NCBI GenBank assembly: GCA_001179505.1 | Contig: CDMY01000869.1 | Span: forward strand, 179,452 to 243,451 | Source: Vitrella brassicaformis CCMP3155 | Taxonomy: Eukaryota; Protista; Chromerida | Reading direction: 5' to 3' | Length of the DNA stretch: 64,000 nt | In this document: positions 23,463 through 35,843 of the stretch, in pieces | How the letters are laid out: every line of letters starts with the position of its first letter | Numbering within the stretch: the first letter of the stretch is position 1 | Position numbers and translations under genes: made by a program | The notes under the pieces: generated by a model | What the model was told of the DNA's origin: nothing | The model's database searches: none | Seen by the model: only the letters and a program-made list of their open reading frames with translations

Positions 23463-25919
23463 TCATCTGCACTCTTCTTCCTCTGGTGGGGAGTCGCCGC
23501 CTTCAGCCAGCAAACGTCCCTGCTCCAGACCACCGACCGATATAAAACGTAGGCAGCGCTATATTCCAGCCATGCACAGACATGCATTGATCAGTGATAG
23601 TTGGAGTATCGATATGTCTTTGCCGTGTGTACTTACATCGTCAATGATGTGTCGAACGATACGCGGCCAATTACGAGACACCCAAGGGAGACGTCGCTGT
23701 CTGATAAGGTAGTGGTAGTGCCGGTCGTAGTCCCATGTGTACCCGTCCCAGCACTCGTAAACCCATGGCTCTTCGCCACCGAAAATCTCTATCAGAGAAC
23801 ACCCTGCAAAGCAGAAAGCAAACGCATCCATGACGCATCCCACACATGCAATGTTCGCATGTTTCTTCACCTAGAGCCCAGATATCAGTTTTCTGGCTGA
23901 TCCGGCCGTTGGTGAATATCTCTGGCGCCATGTAGTTGAACGTGCCGGCCCTCGGGTCTGGCGGATTGCGAATTTCAAATCCTACACAGACACACCCCAC
24001 ACAAACAATCACAGGCAATATGCGTGTGACACAAAAAAACTATTTACCGCGCACGACTCCGCCATCCCGAAGTCGGCAAGTTTGAGTATCTCGTCGGCTT
24101 CACGGATCAGGGCATTCTGAACGAGCAAGAAACCGGTCGACAGATGAGCTCAGATTGCGTGGACACATGTGTGTGTAGAGTAAGCGCAGGTTTTATGTCG
24201 CGATGGACAAATCCGCGATCGTGCACGTGTGAAATCCCTCGTGTCTGCAGGCAGGTATTACACAAAGCGCAAGATGCACCCACTTATGAAACGATAGGCC
24301 GACAGAGAGAGAGAGAGACAGACAGGTGATAAATACGCTCACGTACCAACTGTCGGGCCCAGCTCAGCCGTTGTAGGCGTGTGGGAGGAGGTGGCGGCGG
24401 GGCCGGGGCAGGCAGGTTGTAGGGTGGCGGGGCACCTGGCGGTGACGGATGCAGGCGCTCGGCGAGGGTGTCTGTTGAGCAGGCACAGACATGACAAACA
24501 CGAGACACAGACATGCAAGTGGGTGCCTTTCGAGTGTGTGCGGGGGGAGGGGGGCAGATCTCGCGCACGGCCTTCAATGAACTCGACCACGATACAGTAG
24601 CGAGGCTCTTTTTCGGTCAGCAGCCGCGCCTCCGTGTGCCCATCGTGCCAACACACCCCAAGGCAACGTAGAACATTTGTCCGTGGCTGCGGACAGGGGA
24701 TTATCAATGCACACGTTATGTGCAGACGAGCACAGCATGACAGCGCATATTGGTATACGCATACCTGTAGGCTACAGCTTCTCTCTGGAAATTGAAGACC
24801 TCCCAGTTGTCGGGGTCCGGAGGCGGATCTACAGAAGCAGGTTAGGAAGACTTCCACCATGTAATAACGCATTCACTGTCAATCTGTCAGTACGGGGTGG
24901 TGACATGACCAACATCCAAGAGCTTACCGTTGTGTAAAGACAAAAACATCGATTCTGGCCACTCGTTGGTGTTTCCTTAGCATTGCGCTCTCCACCTGGT
25001 TTGTGCATTACAATGGTATTCATGCCACAGAATGCCTAGCTTGCTCATCTTCCCTCATCGTCGCTTACCAGATCCAGTGACCCACACCCGACAGCCATTG
25101 TATCATCCCATTCGAGGTCTGCAGCAAGTACATCACACACATCAGTAGGCCACATGCTTTCACTAGCATTGGCTTACGGCGAAGCGGGATGTCTTCAATG
25201 AAGACGGGCCCTGTGGCCATCTCGAAAGGGACCGGGGTGCTGCTGAGGTCCAGCTGCTCGGCCAGCTTTTCAAGCCGGCCCAACTGCCCCATCTCCACTG
25301 CATCCCTCTCCCAAAGCCCCTCCTCGTCCTCCACCTACCAATGGCGCTGGAAGGGGCATTGGCACGGCGTTTGTCCCATATTGGCCGCTGCAGGATGGAC
25401 TGCCGGCGGTCTTGCTTGTAGGCAAGCTGCCAATGGAGGGACAGACAAGGACACACATACAATACATACAAAAGAAAGATCCACTCACTCGCTCTGGCTG
25501 ACTGGCTGAGTGTGTCACTGGCGGTTGATCACTCACCAGCCTCTCAGTCACTTCACCAAGCAGCGAGTCAACCCCAGTCGACGCGGCTGTCGACGAGAGC
25601 CCGGGGCTGGGAGGCGGGATGACGAGGGCAGGCGTCAGGTCGCGACCGAGCTGCAATAAATGAGACCACCAATCCATCGGTCAAGAAGCCTGCCCTCGTG
25701 GTTGTGTGCTGCTGAGACAGGAAGACACACATCGAGGAGGCCACTAAATCGGCGCAGAGATGGGTGTGTATGTGTGTATATGGTGTTTGCCCACCTGTCC
25801 ATTCCTGTTGTCCACCATCGATGAATCCACAGACATGTCTGGCGGGTCGCTGGTGGTAAGTCGTCGAACAGATTCATGAAGGGGGGCGGGCTGCCTGACG
25901 TTGTTGCAGTATTTCCCAT
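23463..25919 (-). pseudogene. Degenerate N-myristoylated TKL-like protein kinase (probable pseudogene)
   Basis: Kinase motifs are spread over exons: MGNTATTS start, GCGSLDL loop, FQREAVAY, NVLRCLG..IVVEF, RLSWARQL|TRGISHVHDRGFVHRDIKP, KLADFGMA, GTFNYMAPE, KTDIWALGC. Joining them needs several frameshifts, and there is no GT donor after HRDIKPA. Confidence 0.62.
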
Positions 25920-26222
25920 TGAGAGAAAGGGGGGTGGGGTGAGGGACGGGTTGAGCGATAGAGGGGGGTGAGTGAGGGGATGACGAGGCGAAGGTGGGCC
26001 AGTAGACAGAGTCGCCGCTGCATTGTGCTTGCAATTCAAACCCTTCCTATTTGGTCGGTGCACTCGGTGAAGTATGCAGCAGCTTTCCAAGACTCCACCG
26101 CGTCACACCTCACGCAGACGAAAAAGGAACGGAATCTTAGGAGAGAGGAAGGAGATTTATTTCTGTCTCCTTAAAGCTCGCAAATCTCGCCAGGCCGCCT
26201 AGGGTGCTCCCTGAAACCGCTG

Positions 26223-26271
26223 CTGCTCGACGGGAGCAGGGTTTAGACTGCTCGCGGGAGCAGGGTTTAGA
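26223..26271. repeat. Tandem ~24-bp duplication, each copy a CTGCTC..GAGCAG hairpin followed by GGTTTAGA
   Basis: ctgctcgacgggagcagggtttaga followed by ctgctcgcgggagcagggtttaga. Confidence 0.8.
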
Positions 26272-26358
26272 CCCGAAAGCCCATCGCGGAGCCTGTTTTC
26301 CCCTCTCGCACGCGGCGGCATTCATCAATCAAGCCCGTCGCGTCTCGCGTCAATCGCC

Positions 26359-27896
26359 ATGTACGTCTCCCAATTCTTGCGCGACGCCGTGGTTGGCCGC
26401 CACTTCACCAGTGGGCACGGCGGAGGCAGATCCACACACGTCGATGACCGCCCAAGAGACGAGGCGCCTGGCGTGACGAAGCCAAGCAAGAATGCCGAGT
26501 TCGGCGGCTACCCTTGGCCTGACAGCTTCCTGTTGTGGCTTGGGCTGCACGCGCTCTTCTACGTGATGGAGAACGGCTTCCAGATTCTGCTGGCGTACGC
26601 TCTCACGGTGGGTCACTCATTCGCACGCACACCTCAGACGCATGAGACCAAGCCAGAGGTGCCACGCATGTGCTCTTTCCCCCTCATCTATCCATCCATT
26701 CTGCAGGTCACCTTCACCCCCGTGTACCTGTGGGCGTTCGCATCCGAGTGGGTCAACTCCAACGCCTTCCTGTACTGGCTGGCGCTCTCTGTCCCCACCT
26801 ACATCATCTCGATGGTGGAATACTTCGCAATCAGCACGATGGTAAGACCGGCCATCAAGCAGGTCGACTGACGGATGGATGGGACGCTTTTGTTTTTATT
26901 TGGCTGCAGGTGGACTTCTTGGCAGACAGCGACATCTTCCCCACATCCATACGGTTTAGCTCCCACAAGCGCGACCAGCTGCGGGCCAGGAAGACCGACA
27001 CCGAGGCCGACCAGCCGCAGGATGACGTCGGTGTCAGCTTCGATTACAGTTATCGCAACTATTTCCGGAACCACCTGCTCTACACTGTCCGCTGGTCCCT
27101 CCCGGTCGCCATCGGCAGCGTGATCTGGCTGCCGCGATTCCACCTCACCCACAGAAATCCTCTGTGGATGGTTCCCATCAAGGTGCGGTGCGTCGGGTGG
27201 AAGGGGGACGAGGAGAGGAGAGGAGGGAGCTTGCTGCATGACGGCATACACACTGGCTCCTGTGTATGGGACTGGTCTGTGTGCAGGTGCAGTTCGCCCT
27301 CATCTTTGCCGACTGTGTGTACTATTGTGTGCACTACAGTCAGCATCGCTGGCGATGGATGTACAAGTGGACCGACCACACTTACCACCACACGTTCACC
27401 TACCCATGGGGCAGCGCCGGTCAGTGAAGGAGGGCGCAAACACACACAGGGGCCGTCCATCCATCCATCCATGCATCCATCCATCCGTTGTGAATGCGCT
27501 CCTTTCGTGTCCGTCAATCAAGCAGGAACCTGGCTGGGTACTCTGGATTTGATGCTGTCGGCCTTCTCGATGGGCTCCATCAACGTTTTCCTGATCGAGA
27601 TGATGCTCGGCCGCCTCACCCTCTTCGAGTACATATTGATGATTAACTACGTCTTCGAGATGGTGTGCGTGGACCATGCCGGCAGCGAGCTGCCCTTCTG
27701 GTCGGGCTGCCCCTTCTTCCCGCCACTCGGCTATCTCATGGGCTTCGACAAATCCACCGCACTGCACGAGGCGCACCACAACTTCAACCGATACAGTTAT
27801 GGGCTGCTCGGTTTCGCCGACTGGATTGCCGGCACTCGCATGTTCCCCACCGAGTATCCCGGGCACCCAGAACACCCCAAGGGCAAGCAGTTCTGA
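26359..27896 (+). CDS. Fatty acid hydroxylase / sterol desaturase superfamily di-iron membrane enzyme
   Basis: After splicing, His boxes HYSQH, HTYHH, DH and HEAHH are followed by YG...DWIAGT, with several TM segments. TGA at 27894-27896. Confidence 0.85.
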
Positions 27897-28735
27897 TACA
27901 CTCGCTCACGCACTACGTGCTGTTTCCAATGCTGCCCGGCTGCCTCCTTTTTCTTTTCTTGGCTGGCTGCTTAGTGACGAGCCTCACGTGTATCTGTATT
28001 GTGTGTCTCTGCAGCATTGCAGGGCCCTTTTTCGTTTCCGTTGCCTCTCTACAGGGAGGGACAGGGCGGCGTGTACACTGAGTGTGGGTGGGTGTGGGTG
28101 TGGGTGTATGCCCGGCCGGCCTGTCTGCCTGCCTGCCTGCCTGCCTGTTGTGTCTGTGTGTGTGTATCTGTATCTGTATCTAGCTATGTATTTGTCGTTC
28201 ATGTCGCTCCCAGATGCATACATAACGCAGTTATATATCTCACTTTTCCTCAGCGGGGGCTGTAGGAACATATGTACGTACATGCCTTTGTCCATCGAAT
28301 GAATGTCGATGTGATGTCTTTTTCTCTTTTCTCTTTTCTCTTTTCGTGGTGGCGAGGACGGACGCGTGGCCATTCAACCCATGTTTCGTGTACGACACAT
28401 ACATACATACATACATACGTACATACGTACATTCGTACATCCTGCACTTGCTCATACCGTGCAGTGAGGGGCTGCGATGGCTCCGAGGGAGGGAGGGACG
28501 GAGGGAGGGAGGGACGCAGGAAGGAAGATGGGAAGCGGACACCACGCCTAACACCGATTTGACCCCTATGTGTCGATAGTGGCCGGATGTTGCATGCGAA
28601 TGTGTGTGTGTGGATATTTGATAAGTTACGACCGGTTTTTTCATGGACGCCTCCTTGCCTTTGCTTTGCTTGCTTGCACCGCGCGTGAACTTTTACATCG
28701 CACAAGTAAAGGTCCTGACTCTGAATCATGGCATC

Positions 28736-31431
28736 ATGGCGTCATTCTCACCGCCAGTACCCCGCCCAACAGCTCCCATGCCTTCGCGCAACACAAGGCA
28801 CAACACGACGATGTCAAGTGACTTCGCATCAGGTATGTATGCAACGATGAATGCATGGCAACAATCATCTGAATGATGATTTGTGGCCATCCATCACAGC
28901 CCCTCTCGTTCCAATGCCTTCACGCCCACCCCGCGCGATATCATCCCAACGAACGCGCCTCTCTGCTGGCCGTCTGTCGGAGACCAGCAGAGGGGGTCGG
29001 CGAGCGCTGTCGTTGGGCCGGCCAATGAGAGATCAGCCCAGGGGGATGGCGATGCATCGAGGGCCCTTGGCTCAGCCTGCTGCCGTGGGTGAGGGGAGGG
29101 TGAATTTGGTAGAGCAGCCGTCCAGTGGCTCGTCTGCGTACTACCACTTCCTGTGGCAGCAGGAGGCCAGGCTGAGGCAGCGACTGGTAAGTATGAAGGA
29201 ACGAACACATTGCACTGTGTCACCCATCCTGTGTTCATCCTGCCCGCAGGAGAGTGAGCTTGAGGGGCTGAAGGTTGAGTATGAGCTGATTAGCGCTGGT
29301 TTGGCTGCGAGGCAGCGGAGCCTGACCAAGCTTGCGGCGCAGGTGGACCAGCTCAGCAGACAGCACCACCCCCACCTGCCCAAGCAAATGAAGGTCGGCA
29401 GCATGACAAGGCACTGGGGCTTCGTTCTCTTTATTCTCCCATTGCCGGGTGCTTGTGTTTGTGTCAGCATTTGAAGCGTGACCTGGACCTTCTTGTGGCC
29501 ACCTTAGCAAGCATCCTCTCCACCCTCACAGGTAGTAGCCTGGCACCCTGGATCCATTCTCATGCTTCAGTGTCGCCCTGGCTCTTATCTTTCTTCGTTC
29601 AGATGGGGGTGTTGCGCTCTCACCGTCGTGCATATCGCAGATAGCGGCCCTCATGCACCCGCTGCTGCCATACGACGAGCGATTGAGGACCAGCTTCCAG
29701 CAACTCATGACGCGCCCTTGCAAGGCAGAAGACACCACACGTGCACCCAGGTGTGCTCCGCCAATCCGACCAATAAGCCCCACATCTCGCAGGAGACGTG
29801 TGTGTGTGTGCGTGTGTGTGTGCTTGCTGTTGCATCCGTCTGCCTTCAGCCGTGAGAATCAGCTTACGTCCAGCTGTCGCCGCGAAGTGGCCGCCCTGCC
29901 TCCCTCCAGGAGTGCCTCGCCCACTCTGCCAGCCGCCAAGAAGCCCTCAATGGAGCTGCCCGAGGACGAGCCCCCTCAGGAGCAAGACTCTCATTCAGCC
30001 CAACCACCAGCAGCAGCAGCATCGGACAAGAGGCCGTCGGAGCCTTTGGACGCTGCGCATGCGACCCGAGTTGGGGGCAGGATCGTCCACAGAGGCGTGA
30101 GTCGACATCCGGCCACAACCACGCCGCCATCTGAAGGACCGACACGCAGGGCATCCCTCGCCGATCAGGCAGGAAGGCCGCGGCTGGATGTGCGAGTGAG
30201 GGCGGCGACGCTGACCAGCGACGAGGGGCGGCCTGCGGCTGTGGAGTCGGTGTGGGTGGAGTTAGGGATGGGATCCAACCATCGCAAGACACCTGCAGCG
30301 ATCCCAGTTCTCGCATCCGCAGAGCCGGGCTGCACATCGCTGCGAGCTGACTGGCCCTCTAGCACCCCTCCCCTCACTTTCGACTATGGCCAAGAGCAGA
30401 ACATCACGGTCGCCCTGTGGGTGCTGGGCCGCTGGCAGGTCGGCCCGGCGCTGTGTGTGCCCTCACCACACGTGCTCTCCATCCGCCTTGTCCGTGGGTC
30501 TAACATACCTCGGAGTGAGTTGTTTGGCCCGAGTGAGAGTTTGGTGGAGGCATACTGGGCGCCTGAGGGATGGGCGCCGCAGCATCGAAGGCCCCTGCCG
30601 AGCCCTGCGTCGTCTGATTCTGGTGAGGTGGCGGCCTGCGTATGTGCCCCATTCTGGTTTGTGAGTTCTCTCATGTGTGTGGTGCAGTGTCAGTGAGTGC
30701 GGCAAAGGGCGGGGTGGACCCTGTGTGGGAGGAGTGGGAGGGGTGGCTCTTGCTGCCCCTGGCGGACATGCAGCCATCACAGGTAGCTAGCTGGGCGAGG
30801 GAAGACACAATAACCTGTCGAACATTCAAATGTGTTTGTTTGGTGTGTGACGTTGCAGGACGCAGTTGTGCTGTTTCGCGTGTTGGCAAAGAAAGATGGC
30901 AGTCTGCTCGCTGAGACATCGATGCAGGTTGGAGGCCCGTTGCTCCTGAACACATGCGTCCAAACACCCCTTTCTCTTTGCCTCCACGCAGGCTTTGGCC
31001 CTGATCGAAGCGTCTGAGTCCAAACCCATCACTGCCCCTCTGCACCTGAGAGGCCGGGCCATTCCTGACGCGAGCATCGACCTCGCCGCAGAGGCCCTGC
31101 CGACATGTCAGGCCAAAAGGCAAACGCCACCAGAAAGTGAGCTGACCTGCAAGTGCAAATAAAGACACCAACACCATGACGCATGATATGATGTGTCTCT
31201 GTGTTATTAGTTGTCGCCCGGGGAGAGGTGCCGCTGATAAACCAGGAGGAGACAGCACGGTCGGAAGAGAGTGTCGTCCAGTATACTGAGGGGCCCGTAG
31301 AGGCTCGGTTAGCAGGTGCTGATGGGTGTGGGCATGCGTATGTCGCGAGGGTTGGCCTTGACGTTCGATGGCCGCCCATCGGGGCCCCAGCGCAGTCCCG
31401 GTCGACCACATGGCAAGATGACCACGAGTGA
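28736..31431 (+). CDS. Coiled-coil plus C2-like domain protein (multi-exon, hypothetical)
   Basis: Coiled coil QQEARLRQRL|ESELEGLKVEYE; C2-like strands LDVRVRAATL, VLSIRLVRGSNIP, VDPVWEE, VVLFRVL. The exon phases checked are consistent; the start codon is uncertain. Confidence 0.55.
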
Positions 31432-31572
31432 GTGTGAGTAGCTAGCTGTGCCGGGGACAGGTTGATGTACCCGTGCAATCGATATGTACAGACACATCCA
31501 TCATCCGTCCATGTGTGTTCTTGTGAATCAATCCCCTCATGCAATATCCAATGCCCCTCATCTTGATTGACA

Positions 31573-33189
31573 CTAGGCAGTCCATGTGATCTGTCTCCTG
31601 GTCTTCTCTGCCAGCTGCTGCACAGACGGATTCACATGGTCTTCCAGCGCCCTAACCGATGAGACACAATCTTGGAGCATCCGACGCGCCTGCAGCACGC
31701 CACCCACACAGAGAGACAACAAGAAGAAAAAAGAGCCATCTGTTCTTTGGCTGCTGTCCTGTGGCTGTCTCTCTTGGGGCTTACGAGAGGGTCTTCAGCA
31801 ACGAGCGACAGTGTGTGCAGCACATTGAGGAGCAGCAGGTGCGAGTCCTCGGTGATGAGGGCCTGCTTGAGCAGCACCAGCCCTGTCCCGCTGCCCTTCT
31901 CGCCCGCCTCCTCGTCCACAACCTTACCAAACGACGTCACCAACATGTCACGCACCTGCACACACACATTCGTATCTCTACCAGCATGTGTCTCTCCGTC
32001 TGCATACCTGACCTGATATTTGCCTTGTCTTCTGAGGCAGAGGCTGCCGAGCAGCCGCCATGAGTCAGCCCGCACTTGCCAGGACCACAGGGGACAGTCC
32101 CGTGACGGCACACTCTCCTGCAGACAGACAGATATTCCATCCACCACAGCGGGGTCAGAGGGAGAGGGAAAGGAAATCGGTGGGCGCCTTTGCTTACGTC
32201 TGATGGAGGGGCTTCATCAACCCGTTGTTGGGTGAGGATCTGCAGCAGGCTCGCAATGCAGTCAGCTGCAAGCAACCTGCGGGAGAAATGGAGACACAGC
32301 CAAATGCATTCCCAACAATCCAACACGTGTGTCTCTGCCCACACACACACCGGTCTTTGTTGATATCGAGAATGGTCATGGCAAAGAGCAGGTCCAGCAC
32401 GGCCAACGTCTTGTCCTCAATCAGCCCCTCAATCTCATGCCCATTCTCATTCCTCAACGCGATCAACGGGTTCAGCAGACCCATCACGCTTTCCCCCGGG
32501 TGCCCCAGCGTCTCCCTCTGCCCAGCGGAACACCGCTTCACACACGCAGCAAGAGTCGCAATGAGCAGGCAGTCCACTCGGTTCTGCTGCACCAGCTCTG
32601 GAGACGGACAGGAAGAGGCCGCCCCCTGCCCCGGCTTAAGTGCGCTGTCGCCACATGTGTATGCGAAGAGGGTGTCGACGTACTTGCAGGCCGTCAGCTG
32701 CGCGGCCCCTGGAGGCGTCTTGGACAGGTTGTGCAGCGTCAAGCTGAGGGCCTGCTTCAGCCTTAGCGAGGTCTCCTTCTGCAGCAGGTTGGTGAGTACC
32801 TCCAACAGCTCGGGGCACTCCTCCGCCAGGATCTTGTCACGGCCAAATGCGTCGTTGGTCACCCAGCGAAGGCATTCGAGCGTCAATGTCCGGATCTCCA
32901 GATCGTCGCTCCTCAGCAACCTGTTGAACAGCCCCAGGATGCCCGCCTTGTGCGCCTCCACGACCTCTTCGCCGATCTTCAGCGCCTCCCTCAGCTGGCG
33001 CAAGCACTTCGTGGTCAGAACGAGATCACCGCTCTGCGCTGTGAGTTTCTTGTACAGCTCGTCGGCCTGCCAGTTGCCGTAGGCGATAGTCAGCGTCGAT
33101 TGCGGGAAGGGCTTGGGGTTGGCGGCCACATAGCCGAAACGGCTCCATGGCGGGATGTTGGGACGTGTCTGGAACATAAAATCCTCCAT
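31573..33189 (-). CDS. RSPH14: Radial spoke head protein 14 homolog (RSPH14/RTDR1/RSP8, armadillo repeats)
   Basis: N-terminal TLTIAYGNWQADELYKKL matches the RSPH14 start (ITTAYG..ALPKL); ARM repeats follow; C-terminal LNVLHTLSLVAEDPL|ARRMLQ..AEKTRRQITWTA* matches the RSPH14 end. Confidence 0.75.
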
Positions 33190-33308
33190 GATGATTGTTA
33201 GATGGAGTGGTTTGGGAGGGAAAGTCACTTCAGACTGGGAGACTGCATGCGAGCTCGAGACCCCCAGGAGCCCCCCGTCTCTGACAAACCTGAAGCTCTG
33301 GGGCCATC

Positions 33309-35396
33309 ATGGCGCACAACCGTGCAGTCATTTGTGAGATGTGCGGAGGGAAGGTAAAGAAACAGCACCAAACACGGACTCGGTCTCTCGCAATTCCACC
33401 CTGTTAGTCTCCCTCTGCTGTCTTGTTGTGTGCGTTCCAGTTCTTCCCCAAGAGCTTGCCTTTCCACCAGAAGAGCTGCGCCAAGAAGTCTGCCCTCGTG
33501 GAGCTGCCCTGTCCACACTGCGACCTCCCTGTCCCCAAGTAGGCGAGCAACAGCTTGATCCAGTGTGTGTGCGCCCTCTCGTCGCATCGAACTGCATCTG
33601 ACTCCTTCTCTGCCTGCCTGCCTGCCTGCCTGCCCATGTGCGTCAGGTCGGAGCTGAACGCCCACATTGCCAAATGCCCCAAAGCGCCCAAGATGCCCAA
33701 GCCGAAGGGCGGGGCCAAGGGTGCCGGACGTGGTGCGGAGCCCCAGCTGGAGGAGATCGGACTGGCACCCAATGCCGACGGGCTGATTCCCTGCCAAGTC
33801 TGCGGCCGCACCTTCCTGCCCGACCGGATTGCAAAGCACCAGGGGATCTGCCGGAAAGTCGGAGCCAAGAAACGCAAGTGAGCTGTTTGTTTGTTTGTGG
33901 GCCGTGTCTCCCTCTCCTCTCCTTTGCGCCATCGTCATTTTTGCCATCCATTGTGTCCGTCTGCCCTGCAGGAAGTTTGACGACTTCAAGCAGCGCAAGG
34001 TCGACGGTATGATGCACAGGGTCAACCCGGCGAAGGAGCCACACGACTCGGGGGTCTCATCAAAATGGCGAGAGGAAAGTGAACAGTTCCGCGCGGCGAT
34101 GAAGGCGGCACGGGAAGCCGCTGCGGGTCTACCACCGTCCAGCCCGCCACCTCAGCCTCAGCGTGCGAATCCTCGAGCGGGAGGGCGGCCGATGGGTGTG
34201 ACCGGCAGAGGCATGGCGGAGCCACGCAAAGCAGCAGCACCGAAGCCCTCACCGGCACCCCCACCGAACGTCCGTGCTGTGACGCCTCCTCCCGCATCAC
34301 GCGCAAACGCGCAGCGGAGCCCGGCAGTGGAGCGGGGCCGCACTCCGCCGCCATCGACGGGGCGTCAGTCGCAGCCCATCCGTGCGAACAAGCAAGACCC
34401 CAGCCTCTCACTGGGACCACCTGCAGGCAAGCAGCCCATAAGCAAATCGACACCGACCACTCCCCCAGCAGCAGCCAGACGCACACGCACGCCGCCACGG
34501 ACGCCGCCGCCCATTCAGCGAGGGCCCCCCAGATTTGGCGGCGGGCCTAGCCCGGGGCGAGGTGTGGGTCCGGAGATGATGGGCACTGGGGGGCGGGTGG
34601 GGTTTGGTGGCGGCGGTGGGGGGTTCGACACAGGCTGTCATACCAGCCTGGACAATCCTCTTGCTACGGTATACACGTGTAGCGTGTCAAGAAAGACGCT
34701 CGAGGCGTGTTGTCTCTCACTTTTCGTCATGTCTCTCTGCAGCATCCCCTGCAGGTCGTTCCTCACAAAGAGCTCGGCCCTGTCCCGCAGATGGAGCGAA
34801 TCGTCATGGGCAGTGGGCGTGCGGGGCCGCCGAGCGGTGGCGGTGGCTTGCTGACGACCAACGAGACATCATGTGACAATCCCATGTTCCTGGGCTACAC
34901 TGGCTACCCCGACAAATCGTCAGGGAGAGGGGGAGGGGGAGGGGGAGGGGCCGGGGGCGGGCTGCCTAACTTTGGCTACGCTCGTGGTGGCGGTCGTGTG
35001 GGCCCGCCGGAGGGAGGCTTTGACACGGGCAACCAGGTAGGTGTGCATCACTGAACACATGTCTCCGGCTGTCTCTCTGTCTGTCACATGTCTCCAGACA
35101 TCGATGGACAACCCGCTGATGACCAATATGTACCAGGCAGCGGCACACCCGACTGTCTCGGCGGTCAATCGGAGAGGGCAGGGGGGCGGGGGTGGCATGG
35201 GAGGCGGGGGCGGGTTTGGGGGAGGTGGCTTGGACACCGGCAACCAGGTCAGCACTTGCACTACAGCACAGTGACCGAATGAATGCGTTGGGGTGTGTGT
35301 GTGTGTCTCCAGACGTCGATGGACAACCCCCTGATGACCAACATGTATCAGGCGGCGCCACACCCGCCGCCATCGGCAGCCAACAGAAGAAAGTGA
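33309..35396 (+). CDS. C2HC zinc-finger protein, ZC2HC1/FAM164-like
   Basis: Three C-x2-C-x11-H-x3-C fingers (CEMCGGKFFPKSLPFHQKSC, CPHCDLPVPKSELNAHIAKC, CQVCGRTFLPDRIAKHQGIC), then KFDDFKQR and SKWREESEQFRAAMKAAR, typical of ZC2HC1. Pro/Gly-rich tail with repeated DTGNQTSxDNPL. Confidence 0.72.
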
Positions 35397-35765
35397 TGGC
35401 GTCCATTAAGAGATGCAATTTTTTTGACATGGGAGGGACTTCTCTTCAGCTTTTCACTGTATTGATTGTATTGCACTGTACGTATTGATGATGCCGAGGG
35501 ATAACAACAACGATGTGCGCAGATGAGAAATCCATTCAGGGAAGGGACGTTTGCAAGTGAAGTGGGATGGATGGATGGGGATGGATGGATGGATGGGCCG
35601 TTGTTCTTGTGTGACGGATACAGACAGAGAGATCCGGGGACTAAATATGGCATTGAGGAACACCATCGACTGCCGGTCTGGCTGTCTGGCCATCCATCCA
35701 TCCATCCATCCATCGATGCGTGTCGAAAATTGACACTATCATGCCAGCCAGGCCAGGCCAGCAGC

Positions 35766-35805
35766 AACACGAAAACACGAAAACACGAAAACACGAAAAC
35801 ACGAA
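35766..35805. repeat. (AACACGAA)5 octamer minisatellite between convergent genes
   Basis: Five exact copies. Confidence 0.85.
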
Positions 35806-35843
35806 AACTGACTGACCCACAGCACCACCAACAGCACCCACAC

